The notes under the pieces are model-generated. The model made no database searches, had not been told where the DNA came from, and saw only the letters and a list, made by a program, of their open reading frames with translations. A DNA stretch of 37,197 nucleotides from Microcoleaceae cyanobacterium (GTDB lineage Bacteria > Cyanobacteriota > Cyanobacteriia > Cyanobacteriales > Microcoleaceae), in NCBI GenBank assembly GCA_051652765.1, contig JBOFUV010000032.1:1-37197 (forward strand), in the 5' to 3' direction. The position numbers and the translations under genes were made by a program. This document shows, piece after piece, positions 1 through 9,154 of this stretch. Positions within the stretch are counted from its first letter, which is position 1; every line of letters begins with the position of its first letter.

Positions 1-143
1 CTACTGCCATGAATATTGTTCGTTTAGTCCATTGGTTACATGGAGTTCCTTTTTCCGCCACACGATGTTCTCATTTCGCTTCCCTTGCTCCCACAACTTT
101 ACTCCTGTAAACCAAGATTAAGTTCGCCAGCAGTATCAATCTT

Positions 144-203
144 GGGGGATTTAGGGGGCAAGGAAACTTACAACTCAGACAGATTCATCTCTACATTCAG
201 CAA
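144..203 (+). repeat. 60-bp dispersed repeat, copy 1 (cyanobacterial REP/MITE-like end, continuing as ATTCAGCAACGCC)
   Basis: GGGGGATTTAGGGGGCAAGGAAACTTACAACTCAGACAGATTCATCTCTACATTCAGCAA is 58/60 identical to 3690-3749. Confidence 0.9.
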
Positions 204-330
204 CGCCTGGATTCTCAGGTCAATTGTCTTCAGGTTAGCTTAAAAAGTTTGGCAGTTTATGAAACTTTGTTTCAGCGACGTTTTATTGCAGCCGCAGTGG
301 AACGCTATCAAACGCAAAAAAGCAATTCAA

Positions 331-1089
331 TTATTTCTCAGTGTTGGGTGTAGAAGGAAGTAATGTCGTCAATTGTGCTTGTAAACTCGGCAGAATTGTA
401 GTGATCATTCTCCAGATTTGAACATGATTAACCTGGTCATATTGATGGGCAACAACATTCCGTAATCCAATGACTCCACTCCAATCCACTTCTGGATAAT
501 GGGTACGAAACTCTGGTGTAATTCTGCCCCGCGCCGCTTCCCCAATAATTTCCAAATTTTGTTCAACGGCCTGTTGAACCAGAATATTCTCCAAATACGC
601 TGCCTCATTCAAGCCTTGAGTGAAAGTTTGAATTCGTTGAATGGCTTGCACCATATCCCAAAGGGCAGCATGATTGCGAACGCTGTCCTGCATGGTTTGA
701 TTCGTAACCGTAATCGTAATCGGTTCTGCCTTTTCAAGGGGGTAAATTATCCGGTGTTGATCAAGAATTGCCCTACGACTAAAGGGATTAACCAAACTCT
801 GTTTCTGAGTCAAATCTACAGCTCGACCAAACAAAGATTCTAGTTCAGTTTGGGCGAGTATTGAATGGTTCAGAGTTTGTTCAGTTTCAGGATTATAAGT
901 CACCAGCACATCCACATCACTGGTTGGACAAAAATCATCCCGCAACACCGAACCAAATAATGCAAATTCAAAAATCTGCCATCGCCGACAAAACTCAGCA
1001 ATTTCTAATAGTGAGGTGTGCAATCGTTCCTGTAGAATCCAGGGGAGATCAGTTGAGTGTTTAAGTTGCTGCATTGAGACTGACAACAC
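331..1089 (-). CDS. Fused minimal nucleotidyltransferase (MNT) and HEPN/DUF86 RNase, MntA-HepT type toxin-antitoxin in one ORF
   Basis: N-half has the GS-x10-DxD motif (FGSVLRDDFCPTSDVD) and GRAVDL; C-half has LEIIGEAA and the HEPN Rx4H motif (RNVVAHQY). Start may be the ATG at 1074. Confidence 0.85.
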   Translation of the reverse strand: MLSVSMQQLKHSTDLPWILQERLHTSLLEIAEFCRRWQIFEFALFGSVLRDDFCPTSDVDVLVTYNPETEQTLNHSILAQTELESLFGRAVDLTQKQSLVNPFSRRAILDQHRIIYPLEKAEPITITVTNQTMQDSVRNHAALWDMVQAIQRIQTFTQGLNEAAYLENILVQQAVEQNLEIIGEAARGRITPEFRTHYPEVDWSGVIGLRNVVAHQYDQVNHVQIWRMITTILPSLQAQLTTLLPSTPNTEK

Positions 1090-1231
1090 TTCAAAGACAG
1101 GACTACTCTAATCTTAAAAGCTTCTGGGTCAACTCAGGGACAAAAAAGCTATTGCATAACTCTCTACCCCATGGCAATAGATTTTTAGTGAGAAACTATT
1201 TAAAATTCTATTTATCCCTGAAACCCTAACC

Positions 1232-3526
1232 ATGTCTCAACTTAAGCGTCGTCACTTTCTACAATTTGCCGGATCAACTCTGGCTGCAATGGGTCTAAGC
1301 CAATTGGATTTCTTCCATCGCGCCGAACAGTATGGTCGAGTTCTGGCCCAGAGTACGCCGCGAAAGTTAGCCTTGTTAGTCGGTATCAACGAATATCAGG
1401 GAGCGACAAAACTCAGGGGATGTGCTATGGACGTAGAGTTGCAGAAACAACTGCTGATTCACCGCTTTGGTTTCAATCCTCAAGATATTCTGATTGTTTC
1501 TGATGAATCTAAGCTCCAGCCGACCCGTGAGAATATTCTGCAAGCCTTTGAAGAGCATCTGATCAAACAAGCCAAACCAGGTGACGTAGCAGTGTTTCAC
1601 TATTCTGGGCATGGCGGCCTAGTGAAAGATCCGTCCCCTCTGGATCTAACGGTCTGTCGTCAGGAAACGGGTCAAGTTAATAGCTGTCAATACAACGGCA
1701 CGATTGTTCCAATCAACGCTGAACCCGTGAAACAGGAGGGAGAAACTCTCGCTGTTTCAGACATCATGGGACAAACTCTATTCCTGCTCATGAGTCGGGT
1801 TCCCACCGACAACCTAACGACCATTCTAGACAGTTGCCATTCTGGAGCGGGAACACGGGGAAATGTGGTGGTGCGCTCTGCCCGATTATCAAGAAGTGAT
1901 GGACAGTTGGTTCCAAGCGAAGATGAATTTGTGGTTCAGGCAAAGTTACTGAGTGAATTGGGTTGGTCTGATGCAACATTCAAACAGAAACGACAGCAAG
2001 GAATTGCTAAAGGGGTTGCTCTGGGTTCGGCGGGACGGACTGAAGAAGCGATTGATGCCAAGTTTGACGATTTTTATGCCGGTGGGTTTACTTATCTGTT
2101 GACTCGTTACCTTTGGCAACTGACTTCCGAGCAATCTGCTCAATCCATCTACGTCAATCTCCAACGTAGCACTCGCAGTTTGGCAGAGGCCAAAAACCAC
2201 CGCACCTCCCAGATTCCCACCTTTGAATTCCAGCCTGGAACCAGCTTTGACCAACAGCCATTATTTTTTACGAATCTGCCCACGCCATCGGCTGAGGCAG
2301 TCATTACCAAGGTTAGTGGTGAGCAAATTCAGTTCTGGATGGGGGGTGTAGCCTCTCAGAATCTTGCTCTAGATAAGGGTAATGTGTTTTCGGTGCTGGA
2401 TGAATCAGGCAAGATCGTGGGAGAAATTGAGCAAACTTCACGGGTTCCAGGCAGTTTATCGGGGATTGGCAAACAGATTGCCGGAGATGCTTCAGCGATT
2501 CAAGTGGATCGGCTGTTGCGGGAGAAAATTGTGGGATTTCCCGCTAATCCCAAACTGCAAATTGCCTTGGATGAGTCTCTGGGAGCAGAACGCGCTGCCG
2601 CAGAAGCAGGACTGAAATCCCAAAAATGGGTTGAAGTGGTTCCTAAAAATCAACTGTCCACCAGTGGCTACTTTTTGGGGCGCTTCACTGAAGCTTACAA
2701 GCAGGAACAGACTGGCAGAGGACTCGACATCAAATTATTGCCACCTACCAGCAGCGTAGGGTTGTTTCAAAGTGATTTGACTCCTAATAAAAGTTCGTTT
2801 GGAGATTTGCAGGAAACTGTAGCCAGAGCAACTGCACGTTTGCAACCCACCTTCAAACGGTTACTGGCGAATCAGATTTTGGGACGGTTGCTGGATGTGG
2901 GCCGGGGTTCTCCATTGCAAGTCAGGGCGAAAGTGTCAGGTGGCGGAAAGAGTTTGCAGGTGGCGAGTCGGGGTGTGGCATCAAGCAAGGCTGTGGTTGA
3001 TCCGCTTCGGGTTGCTGCTAGAACAGAGCTAAAAATTACAGTGGAAAATCTGGAAGATCAGGAACTTTACCTGGGTGTGTTGGTGATCGGTGCGACCGGA
3101 AATATCACTATTCTCTTTCCGGCTGACTGGGATGCTCCTGAAGAGGCATCCCGGATTGACAAAAAGGGGAATGGAAATGATGGCCAATTGACCGTACCGC
3201 GTCCAGATGAGGGACGGTTTGAGGTTCAGGGAACCTCGGGTGCGCCGGAGTTGCTGTTGTTGGTGAGTAAGGAACCGCTGCGTCTGGCGTTGAAGGCGAT
3301 GCAGAATATTGCACGGGGTCGAGGACTGTCTCGTGGGCCAATTGGAGGATTAGGGGATGATGAGCCAACGGAGTTGATCACCGGGTTGCTAGGGGATTTA
3401 ACCGAACTGACCCGTAGTAGTCGTCAGGCCGATGGAGATATTGTTTCTGTTCCACCTGGGAGTAAGGCAAGTATGGATACTTCTACAATGGCTGTGCTGT
3501 CGGCAGTGATTGAAGTCGTGGCTTGA
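1232..3526 (+). CDS. Caspase-family (peptidase C14, meta/orthocaspase-like) protein with Tat signal and C-terminal DUF4384-like domain
   Basis: Twin-arginine KRRHFLQF leader; KLALLVGINEY; catalytic His in HYSGHG and Cys in DSCHSG. Confidence 0.85.
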   Translation: MSQLKRRHFLQFAGSTLAAMGLSQLDFFHRAEQYGRVLAQSTPRKLALLVGINEYQGATKLRGCAMDVELQKQLLIHRFGFNPQDILIVSDESKLQPTRENILQAFEEHLIKQAKPGDVAVFHYSGHGGLVKDPSPLDLTVCRQETGQVNSCQYNGTIVPINAEPVKQEGETLAVSDIMGQTLFLLMSRVPTDNLTTILDSCHSGAGTRGNVVVRSARLSRSDGQLVPSEDEFVVQAKLLSELGWSDATFKQKRQQGIAKGVALGSAGRTEEAIDAKFDDFYAGGFTYLLTRYLWQLTSEQSAQSIYVNLQRSTRSLAEAKNHRTSQIPTFEFQPGTSFDQQPLFFTNLPTPSAEAVITKVSGEQIQFWMGGVASQNLALDKGNVFSVLDESGKIVGEIEQTSRVPGSLSGIGKQIAGDASAIQVDRLLREKIVGFPANPKLQIALDESLGAERAAAEAGLKSQKWVEVVPKNQLSTSGYFLGRFTEAYKQEQTGRGLDIKLLPPTSSVGLFQSDLTPNKSSFGDLQETVARATARLQPTFKRLLANQILGRLLDVGRGSPLQVRAKVSGGGKSLQVASRGVASSKAVVDPLRVAARTELKITVENLEDQELYLGVLVIGATGNITILFPADWDAPEEASRIDKKGNGNDGQLTVPRPDEGRFEVQGTSGAPELLLLVSKEPLRLALKAMQNIARGRGLSRGPIGGLGDDEPTELITGLLGDLTELTRSSRQADGDIVSVPPGSKASMDTSTMAVLSAVIEVVA

Positions 3527-3597
3527 GTCTGTGAGTTTATGCCAAAAATCAAACATCTGTCCTTAGAGAAATTATCAATGTTGAATGGCGTTAATTC

Positions 3598-3749
3598 GCC
3601 CCCCAGCCCCCGTTCGGCTGAGCTCAACATCGAAGCCACGACGAAGCCAATACTTGGGGGAGCCGGATTTCTCAAAGTCCCCCAAACTCGGGGGATTTAG
3701 GGGACGAGGAAACTTACAACTCAGACAGATTCATCTCTACATTCAGCAA
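3598..3749 (+). repeat. Composite cyanobacterial REP-like element with a nested short repeat; ends in copy 2 of the 60-bp repeat (3690-3749)
   Basis: CCCCCAGCCCCC...TTGGGGGAG and AAAGTCCCCCAAACTCGGGGGATTTAGGGG hairpins; the first hairpin is interrupted by GTTCGGCTGAGCTCAACATCGAAGCCACGACGAAGCC. Confidence 0.7.
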
Positions 3750-3856
3750 TATGACACAAGCCAGTCGTTAAGGGCACTTCACCCTGAACGGCGAAGCCCA
3801 ATAAAGGTTCCAGCAGGTTGAAATCCGTTACTAAGAGACCAAATGGGTTCTATGAA

Positions 3857-4008
3857 AACTTCAAGTTGGGTTCAGACTAAGTTCAAGTTGAGTTGAGTGT
3901 CAGATCAGGTTGAAGTGTGAGTAACTTCAACTTGATCTGGATCAAAGTTAGCGTTGAAGTGTGAGTAACTTCAACTTGAACATGACCTAAGATCACGTTC
4001 AAGTTGAG
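3857..4008. repeat. Cluster of TTCAAGTTG/CAACTTGA motifs with two identical 27-bp hairpin units
   Basis: GTTGAAGTGTGAGTAACTTCAACTTGA at 3909-3935 and 3953-3979; the first extends to a 16-bp stem (3901-3939, one G-T pair). Lies between convergent genes. Confidence 0.8.
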
Positions 4009-4125
4009 CCATAATCAACCGGAACATGATGTAAACTCACCGGGAAAGTACGATAGATCCTCAATAGATCTTTGATGAATTCCTATTGATCAGTGCCAGT
4101 GACTTCACAAATTTAATCTAACAGG

Positions 4126-4746
4126 CTAACAAATGGGACGTTGTCCTAGCCTAACCGCGTGAATTGTTTCACTACCAGACTGGGGCCAGCCTTGCCGATC
4201 CAAGGCTTCTCCAGGTTGTCCCCACCCCAGTTGTAACAAGATTTCCAGGAAACTAGACTTTTCCCACTTCCAGATACAAGCCCATTCTGTACGTTGAGCG
4301 ATCGCCTCAACTTCATAAGATTGAATCCGACGATGGTTTTTGCCTGCATTCAAACTCAGGTACAAGTCCATCGCTGCAGTGACTTGGTTCCAGAACTTCA
4401 ACACCTCTGCTTTTGCTGCTTTCAGCAGTTGTAGATCTTCTGGCAGCGCTATTAGTTGGTCATTCACAACTGGATAATGCAGCGATTGGCTCTGAACAGT
4501 GACTGCCTGCCAGGTGACTCCTGAAACCTGATATTCAAGTTGATACTGATGAATAGCAGCCTTGAAATCCTGATAGGCGATGAATTTTTGAATGCCTTCT
4601 GGTTTGAGAAAACAATCAATCACGGGATTTCCTACCGCTGGAGTTACTTTCAAGTTAAGCCGCTGCCCTGACAAACATGCCTTGCGCTCTTCACATAGGA
4701 TTTGAATTAGTTCCTCAGTGTTATAGACTCTGGACATCAGCAGCAT
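4126..4746 (-). CDS. Hypothetical protein (cyanobacterial-type)
   Basis: 206-aa ORF with natural composition; no motif recognised; start may be 4737 (MSRVY). Confidence 0.7.
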   Translation of the reverse strand: MLLMSRVYNTEELIQILCEERKACLSGQRLNLKVTPAVGNPVIDCFLKPEGIQKFIAYQDFKAAIHQYQLEYQVSGVTWQAVTVQSQSLHYPVVNDQLIALPEDLQLLKAAKAEVLKFWNQVTAAMDLYLSLNAGKNHRRIQSYEVEAIAQRTEWACIWKWEKSSFLEILLQLGWGQPGEALDRQGWPQSGSETIHAVRLGQRPIC

Positions 4747-4933
4747 CCTTTAGGTGCCAGATTATTATCAATAACCTATGAAATATTTGTATGCTTGTAG
4801 TGCAGGCTTCTATCCTGGGCGGGTAAGATGCCTACTCCGCGTTCACGCTTCGAATCAGATCGGCACATCGCTTAGCGTCTCATAACTTAGCTTTTGGGTT
4901 CCTCACTGGTGAGGAGGGACAATGGACGTAGAC

Positions 4934-6061
4934 TTATCCATTGTAATAATTTTCAATGATCTGAACAATTCGTTGGGATGCTTGACCGTCTCCGAAAGGA
5001 TTGATGGCTGTTGCCATTTGGTGATACTTCTGAGAATTGCTGAGTAATTCTACTGCTGCTGCCACAATTTCTGTTGTTTCAGTCCCTACTAATTTTGCAG
5101 TTCCCGCCGTCACTGCTTCAGGTCGTTCTGTCGTTTTTCGGAGTACTAAAACAGGTTTTCCTAAACTCGGGGCTTCCTCTTGTAACCCCCCTGAATCAGT
5201 TAGGAGAAAATGGGCATGGGAAATCGCGGCAACCAGTTCAGAATAATTTAATGGCTCCGTCAGAAACACCCTGGGATGATGGCTTAAAATTGCCGTTAAT
5301 GGTTCTCGAACCGTTGGGTTGCGATGTAAGGGCAGGAGTAATGCTGTATCTGGAAACTTGTCTAAGATTTGCAGAAATGCTTGAGCAATATTTTCTAACG
5401 GCTCTCCCCAATTTTCCCGCCGGTGAACCGTGGATACAATCAATCGATATTGACCAAGGTTCAAGCCAGGAATTTCGAGTTTGGGCTGACGTTCTGCAAC
5501 GGATATCAGTGCATCAATTACAGTATTTCCAGTGTGATGAATTTCTCCTAAAACCCCAGAATTTTTCAAGTTTTCAACTGCTTGAATCGTTGGAGCAAAA
5601 TGGAGTTGGCTGATCTGGGAAATTAATCGCCGATTGGCCTCTTCAGGATAGGGGTTTAACACATCATCCGTTCGCAGTCCGGCTTCAACATGGCCTACGG
5701 GAATTTTTTGATAAAATGCACTCAAGGCCGCCGCAAAAGCAGTGGTTGTATCGCCCTGAACTAGAACCAGATGCGGCTGGAGTTGTTGAAATAAAGTGTC
5801 TAAGCCCTGTAAACTTCGACAGGTAATGTCTGTTAAGGTTTGCTGAGGTTGCATGATTGCCAGATCGTAATCTTCCCTCAGATCAAACAGTTGCATTACC
5901 TGTTCAACCATTTCTCGATGTTGACCAGTGAGAATAACTGTGGTTTCAAACTGATCTGACTGTTTTAGGGCTTGGATGACGGGTGCTAATTTGATTGCTT
6001 CTGGCCGGGTTCCTAATACAACTGCGACAGAAATTCGAGGTGAATTTTGAGATGTTGACAT
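4934..6061 (-). CDS. wecB: UDP-N-acetylglucosamine 2-epimerase (non-hydrolysing)
   Basis: GTRPEAIK, TGQHREM, QGDTTT, HVEAGLR, PEEANR, TDSGGLQEEAPSLGKP and NPFGDG motifs. Confidence 0.95.
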   Translation of the reverse strand: MSTSQNSPRISVAVVLGTRPEAIKLAPVIQALKQSDQFETTVILTGQHREMVEQVMQLFDLREDYDLAIMQPQQTLTDITCRSLQGLDTLFQQLQPHLVLVQGDTTTAFAAALSAFYQKIPVGHVEAGLRTDDVLNPYPEEANRRLISQISQLHFAPTIQAVENLKNSGVLGEIHHTGNTVIDALISVAERQPKLEIPGLNLGQYRLIVSTVHRRENWGEPLENIAQAFLQILDKFPDTALLLPLHRNPTVREPLTAILSHHPRVFLTEPLNYSELVAAISHAHFLLTDSGGLQEEAPSLGKPVLVLRKTTERPEAVTAGTAKLVGTETTEIVAAAVELLSNSQKYHQMATAINPFGDGQASQRIVQIIENYYNG

Positions 6062-6083
6062 TATTTAAACTCTGAGATTTTTG

Positions 6084-6147
6084 TCTTAAAAACTTAACAT
6101 CTTAAAAATTTAATGTCTTAAAAACTTAATTTCTTAAAGATTTAAAA
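6084..6147. repeat. 4 x 16-bp tandem repeat in a divergent promoter region
   Basis: TCTTAAAAACTTAACA / TCTTAAAAATTTAATG / TCTTAAAAACTTAATT / TCTTAAAGATTTAAAA. Confidence 0.85.
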
Positions 6148-6151
6148 TTCA

Positions 6152-6826
6152 ATGCCCTATCAATATATTTTATTCTACAAACCTTACAACGTTCTAAGTC
6201 AGTTTACGGATTGTAATTCTGACCCAGGTTCAGAACAATCAGGTTCTGAACAATCAGGTTCAGAACAACCAGGTTCAGAACAGAGCTTAGGAACCTTGCA
6301 GCGGCAAACGCTAAAAGATTATATTCCAATTCCCGCCGTTTATCCGGTGGGGCGCTTGGATCAAGATAGTGAAGGGTTGCTGTTGCTCACGAACGATACT
6401 CAACTACAACATCGCCTGAGCCACCCCAAGTTCAAGCACCCCCGTACCTACTGGGTTCAGGTCGAACGGATTCCGGATGAAACGGTATTGTCAACGCTGC
6501 GAACTGGAGTGGACATCAAAGGCTATCGAACTCAACCTGCTCAGGTGAAGTTGCTCCCCACTGAGCCACAGTTGCCCCCGCGTGATCCACCAATTCGCTT
6601 TCGCAAAACCGTACCAACGACTTGGCTGGAGATGACGCTAACGGAAGGAAAAAACCGTCAAGTGCGTCGAATGACGGCTGCCGTGGGTTTCCCAACTTTA
6701 CGGTTAGTGCGGGTGGCGATCGCTCACCTCCATTTAACAGGTTTAGAACCAGGGGGCTGGCGAGAGCTAACTCCGGTAGAAATTCGGCAGTTACTGAGGG
6801 TTAAATCCTCACGCAATCAGAATTAG
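6152..6826 (+). CDS. rluE: rRNA pseudouridine synthase, RsuA/RluE family
   Basis: [28 protein letters not shown] (catalytic Asp), [23 protein letters not shown]; contains a 4 x 15-bp in-frame repeat (6224-6283, GSEQ[S/P]). Confidence 0.85.
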   Translation: MPYQYILFYKPYNVLSQFTDCNSDPGSEQSGSEQSGSEQPGSEQSLGTLQRQTLKDYIPIPAVYPVGRLDQDSEGLLLLTNDTQLQHRLSHPKFKHPRTYWVQVERIPDETVLSTLRTGVDIKGYRTQPAQVKLLPTEPQLPPRDPPIRFRKTVPTTWLEMTLTEGKNRQVRRMTAAVGFPTLRLVRVAIAHLHLTGLEPGGWRELTPVEIRQLLRVKSSRNQN

Positions 6827-6845
6827 GGAAGGGTTTTAACGGTTA

Positions 6846-6882
6846 GTTTCAGTCCTGAACACGGGATTTGAGTTTTTGCGAG
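6846..6882 (-). CRISPR. Solitary degenerate type I-D CRISPR repeat downstream of cas2 (no array)
   Basis: Minus strand CTCGCAAAAACTCAAATCCCGTGTTCAGGACTGAAAC: 37 nt, ends in the ACTGAAAC handle typical of cyanobacterial I-D repeats, one mismatch in the stem, shares AAATCCCGT-TTC-GGACTGAAA with the repeat at 16582-16618. Confidence 0.75.
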
Positions 6883-6955
6883 TTGACATTCTCACCCCAA
6901 AACAACAAGAAAAATTCCCTCGCCCATCCTGGGAGAAAGATTTAGGGTGCAGGCA

Positions 6956-7249
6956 TCACAAAACAATCGCACTCTCTTGGCGCGGCTTGTCCGAACCATA
7001 AGTCAGCGTCCGCTTCACCGACCCCGAATCCAACACATAAATTCGCACTGAATCCTCCTGCGACTTCACCAACTTCTCCAACTGCACCTGCAACCGCGCA
7101 AACTGCACCGCCGTCAAAAAACATTCAAACACACTATACTGCGTCCACTTCCCATAACCCGAAAGCATTTTGTGCAGGCGAGTTCGCCGTTTATTCGCCG
7201 CCTTATTATCCGGCAAATCATAAATAATCAGATAAAACAACGTCGTCAT
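6956..7249 (-). CDS. cas2: CRISPR-associated endoribonuclease Cas2
   Basis: YLIIYDLPD, QYSVFEC and DSVRIY motifs; last gene of the cas run. Confidence 0.95.
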   Translation of the reverse strand: MTTLFYLIIYDLPDNKAANKRRTRLHKMLSGYGKWTQYSVFECFLTAVQFARLQVQLEKLVKSQEDSVRIYVLDSGSVKRTLTYGSDKPRQESAIVL

Positions 7250-7252
7250 CCA

Positions 7253-7390
7253 TCAATCCTTAAACTGATACTCCTCCTTCACCACCCGCTTCACCAACTT
7301 CCCCTTCGGCGCAGCCGGAGCAGGAGTAGGCTTCTTCTGCATCGACGCAGCAATCAAAATCCCAACAAAAATCGCCAACAACTCCATCAT
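7253..7390 (-). CDS. 45-aa single-pass membrane microprotein between cas1 and cas2 (absent from the ORF track)
   Basis: MMELLAIFVGILIAASMQKKPTPAPAAPKGKLVKRVVKEEYQFKD*; GGGAGG ribosome-binding site upstream; stop is 3 nt before the cas2 ATG. Confidence 0.65.
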   Translation of the reverse strand: MMELLAIFVGILIAASMQKKPTPAPAAPKGKLVKRVVKEEYQFKD

Positions 7391-7421
7391 TCAACCCTCC
7401 CAATATGACCAGAATTTCTTG

Positions 7422-7487
7422 AAAGTCCCCCTTTCCAAGGGGGATTTGGGGGGATACCTCAGTTCCCTTTCCAAGGGGAATTTAGGA
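7422..7487. repeat. Pair of REP-like hairpins
   Basis: AAAGTCCCCCTTTCCAAGGGGGATTTGGGGGG and TTCCCTTTCCAAGGGGAATTTAGG, same family as 3674-3703. Confidence 0.7.
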
Positions 7488-7495
7488 AGATCTCC

Positions 7496-8473
7496 CTATC
7501 GCAACACCAGCGGTTTATACGGCACACCCTCCTGCAAATGCCGACTCAACAGCCGCGCCTGCAACTCAATCGCCCGCCGATAGGTACAGCGATACTCAAA
7601 CACCGGATGCTTAAACTCATCATTCAACTTCTGATCAAACCCCTGAAGAAACTCCTTCCGAGCCCCATCCGTCAACCGATACGCTCCCAAACTCTCATTA
7701 AAATCCTTCAGACTCAACTGTTTCCGGTTTAACATCGACAACACCACACTATCCGCCACCAAAGGTCGAAACTCCTCCATCAAATCCAACACCAACGCAG
7801 GCTGACCATGATGCACCTCATGCAAATAGCCAATATACGGATCTAGCCCTGCTAGATGCACCGCAGCCCTGACTTGAGTTTGCAGCAATCCATAGGCAAA
7901 ACTCAACAGGGAATTCACCGGATCAGTCGGCGGTCGGCGGTTACGCCCGTTAAATCTCCACTCCGAACCAACAATTTTGCCCAAGTGAGCAAAATAATCC
8001 CGCGCCGCCAGCCCTTCCACTCCCCGCACCTGATCCAACGTCTCCTGAGTAGGAACCAGTTTCTTGTGCAACTTCAGCGGATTCTCTGTCTGACCCTGGC
8101 GATACAACACTAAATATTGATTCTGAATCTTAGCCGTGACAATGGCTTTCACCAGTTCCAATCGTTTAGCAACATCGTGATACAACCCATACTGGGCCAG
8201 TCGCAAGGCTCCATTCCGGGACTGCCCCGGCAACGCACTACCCAAATACTTGCCAAAGCTCGACAGATAATGAATCGGCATTCCCAGTTCCAGCGCATAA
8301 ACAAAAGCATCCCCAGTCACCTGCGGATTTCCCATCAGCACCACCTGTTCTACTGTTTGGGCGGGAATCGCTTGTTTCTTCCAGGAGCCATCCTCCTGTT
8401 TGAGCGCAACATTAAAAGCTTCATACGCCTTACTCAGAACTGCTTCTGGTTGCGTAATGTAAAGAATTGACAT
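7496..8473 (-). CDS. cas1: CRISPR-associated integrase Cas1 (I-D type)
   Basis: RGVEGLAARDYF, RRPPTDPVNSLLSFAY, GYLH and DLMEEFRP motifs; ATG at 8473 (MSILYIT) preferred over the upstream TTG. Confidence 0.95.
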   Translation of the reverse strand: MSILYITQPEAVLSKAYEAFNVALKQEDGSWKKQAIPAQTVEQVVLMGNPQVTGDAFVYALELGMPIHYLSSFGKYLGSALPGQSRNGALRLAQYGLYHDVAKRLELVKAIVTAKIQNQYLVLYRQGQTENPLKLHKKLVPTQETLDQVRGVEGLAARDYFAHLGKIVGSEWRFNGRNRRPPTDPVNSLLSFAYGLLQTQVRAAVHLAGLDPYIGYLHEVHHGQPALVLDLMEEFRPLVADSVVLSMLNRKQLSLKDFNESLGAYRLTDGARKEFLQGFDQKLNDEFKHPVFEYRCTYRRAIELQARLLSRHLQEGVPYKPLVLR

Positions 8474-8538
8474 GATTTTTTTCAGTTGAAAACAAGTAAT
8501 TGAAAACAAGTAGTTGAAGACAAGTAAAAGTTGGTGTT

Positions 8539-9120
8539 CTAAGCTCTTTCTGACAAATACCTCACCTCAAATGGCAAACAAATCGACTGCAAACTACAGG
8601 CTTGGCACTTTTTCTTCTGGGTCAGAGGTGGCGGCATCGGACGTTGATCCGCAGAGCGGGCAGCAACAATTGCCAATTCCGTAGCCTGACGCAGTTGATC
8701 GGTAAAGGGAACTTGCTGGCGACGACGATTGGCATGATAAAAAATCTCCCCATAGGCAATGGTTTTCCCTGTCCGTTCCTCTAAACACAACGCTGCTGCA
8801 CAAAGCTGAAAATGATCATTCAAATGTTGTGCCATCCGTCCCTTTTTGTACTCTAGTGGAACCAATTGTCCATGACACTCTTCTACAGCATCAATAATTC
8901 CAGCGACTTGTAGGCGATCGCTCCACACCCACTGTTGCTGACGAATCGTAATTTCTCCTGCTTGAATCACACTGTCTTCATTAATATTTCGATGCAGATG
9001 ATTCCCCAGGATAATATGTTCATTTTCCGCCCATTCTCCTAACACATATTCCAGATAAAAACGGCGGGGACAATATTCCCAAGCATTCAAATAAGCTAGA
9101 GGCAAATAATCTTCAGTCAT
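8539..9120 (-). CDS. cas4: CRISPR-associated exonuclease Cas4
   Basis: YCPRR, GIIDAVE, EYKKG, QLCAAALCLEE and C-terminal CxxCSLxxxC Fe-S cysteines. Confidence 0.95.
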   Translation of the reverse strand: MTEDYLPLAYLNAWEYCPRRFYLEYVLGEWAENEHIILGNHLHRNINEDSVIQAGEITIRQQQWVWSDRLQVAGIIDAVEECHGQLVPLEYKKGRMAQHLNDHFQLCAAALCLEERTGKTIAYGEIFYHANRRRQQVPFTDQLRQATELAIVAARSADQRPMPPPLTQKKKCQACSLQSICLPFEVRYLSERA

Positions 9121-9154
9121 GATTAACTTTTATTTGAGACTTTATTTGAGACTT

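Noticed and set aside
40..243. 67-aa ORF, and likewise 3585-3821
   Set aside because: Both read through the dispersed repeat elements and show no protein motif.
3909..3979. Two 27-bp repeats as a mini CRISPR array
   Set aside because: The spacer is only 17 nt and the unit does not resemble the I-D repeat or its GAAAC-type 3' end.
6810..6845. Sequence after the cas2-side repeat as a regulatory guide
   Set aside because: The best match I noticed is 8 nt with a GTT PAM inside the SagB-like gene (near 28608-28618), which is chance level; the repeat stem is also mismatched.
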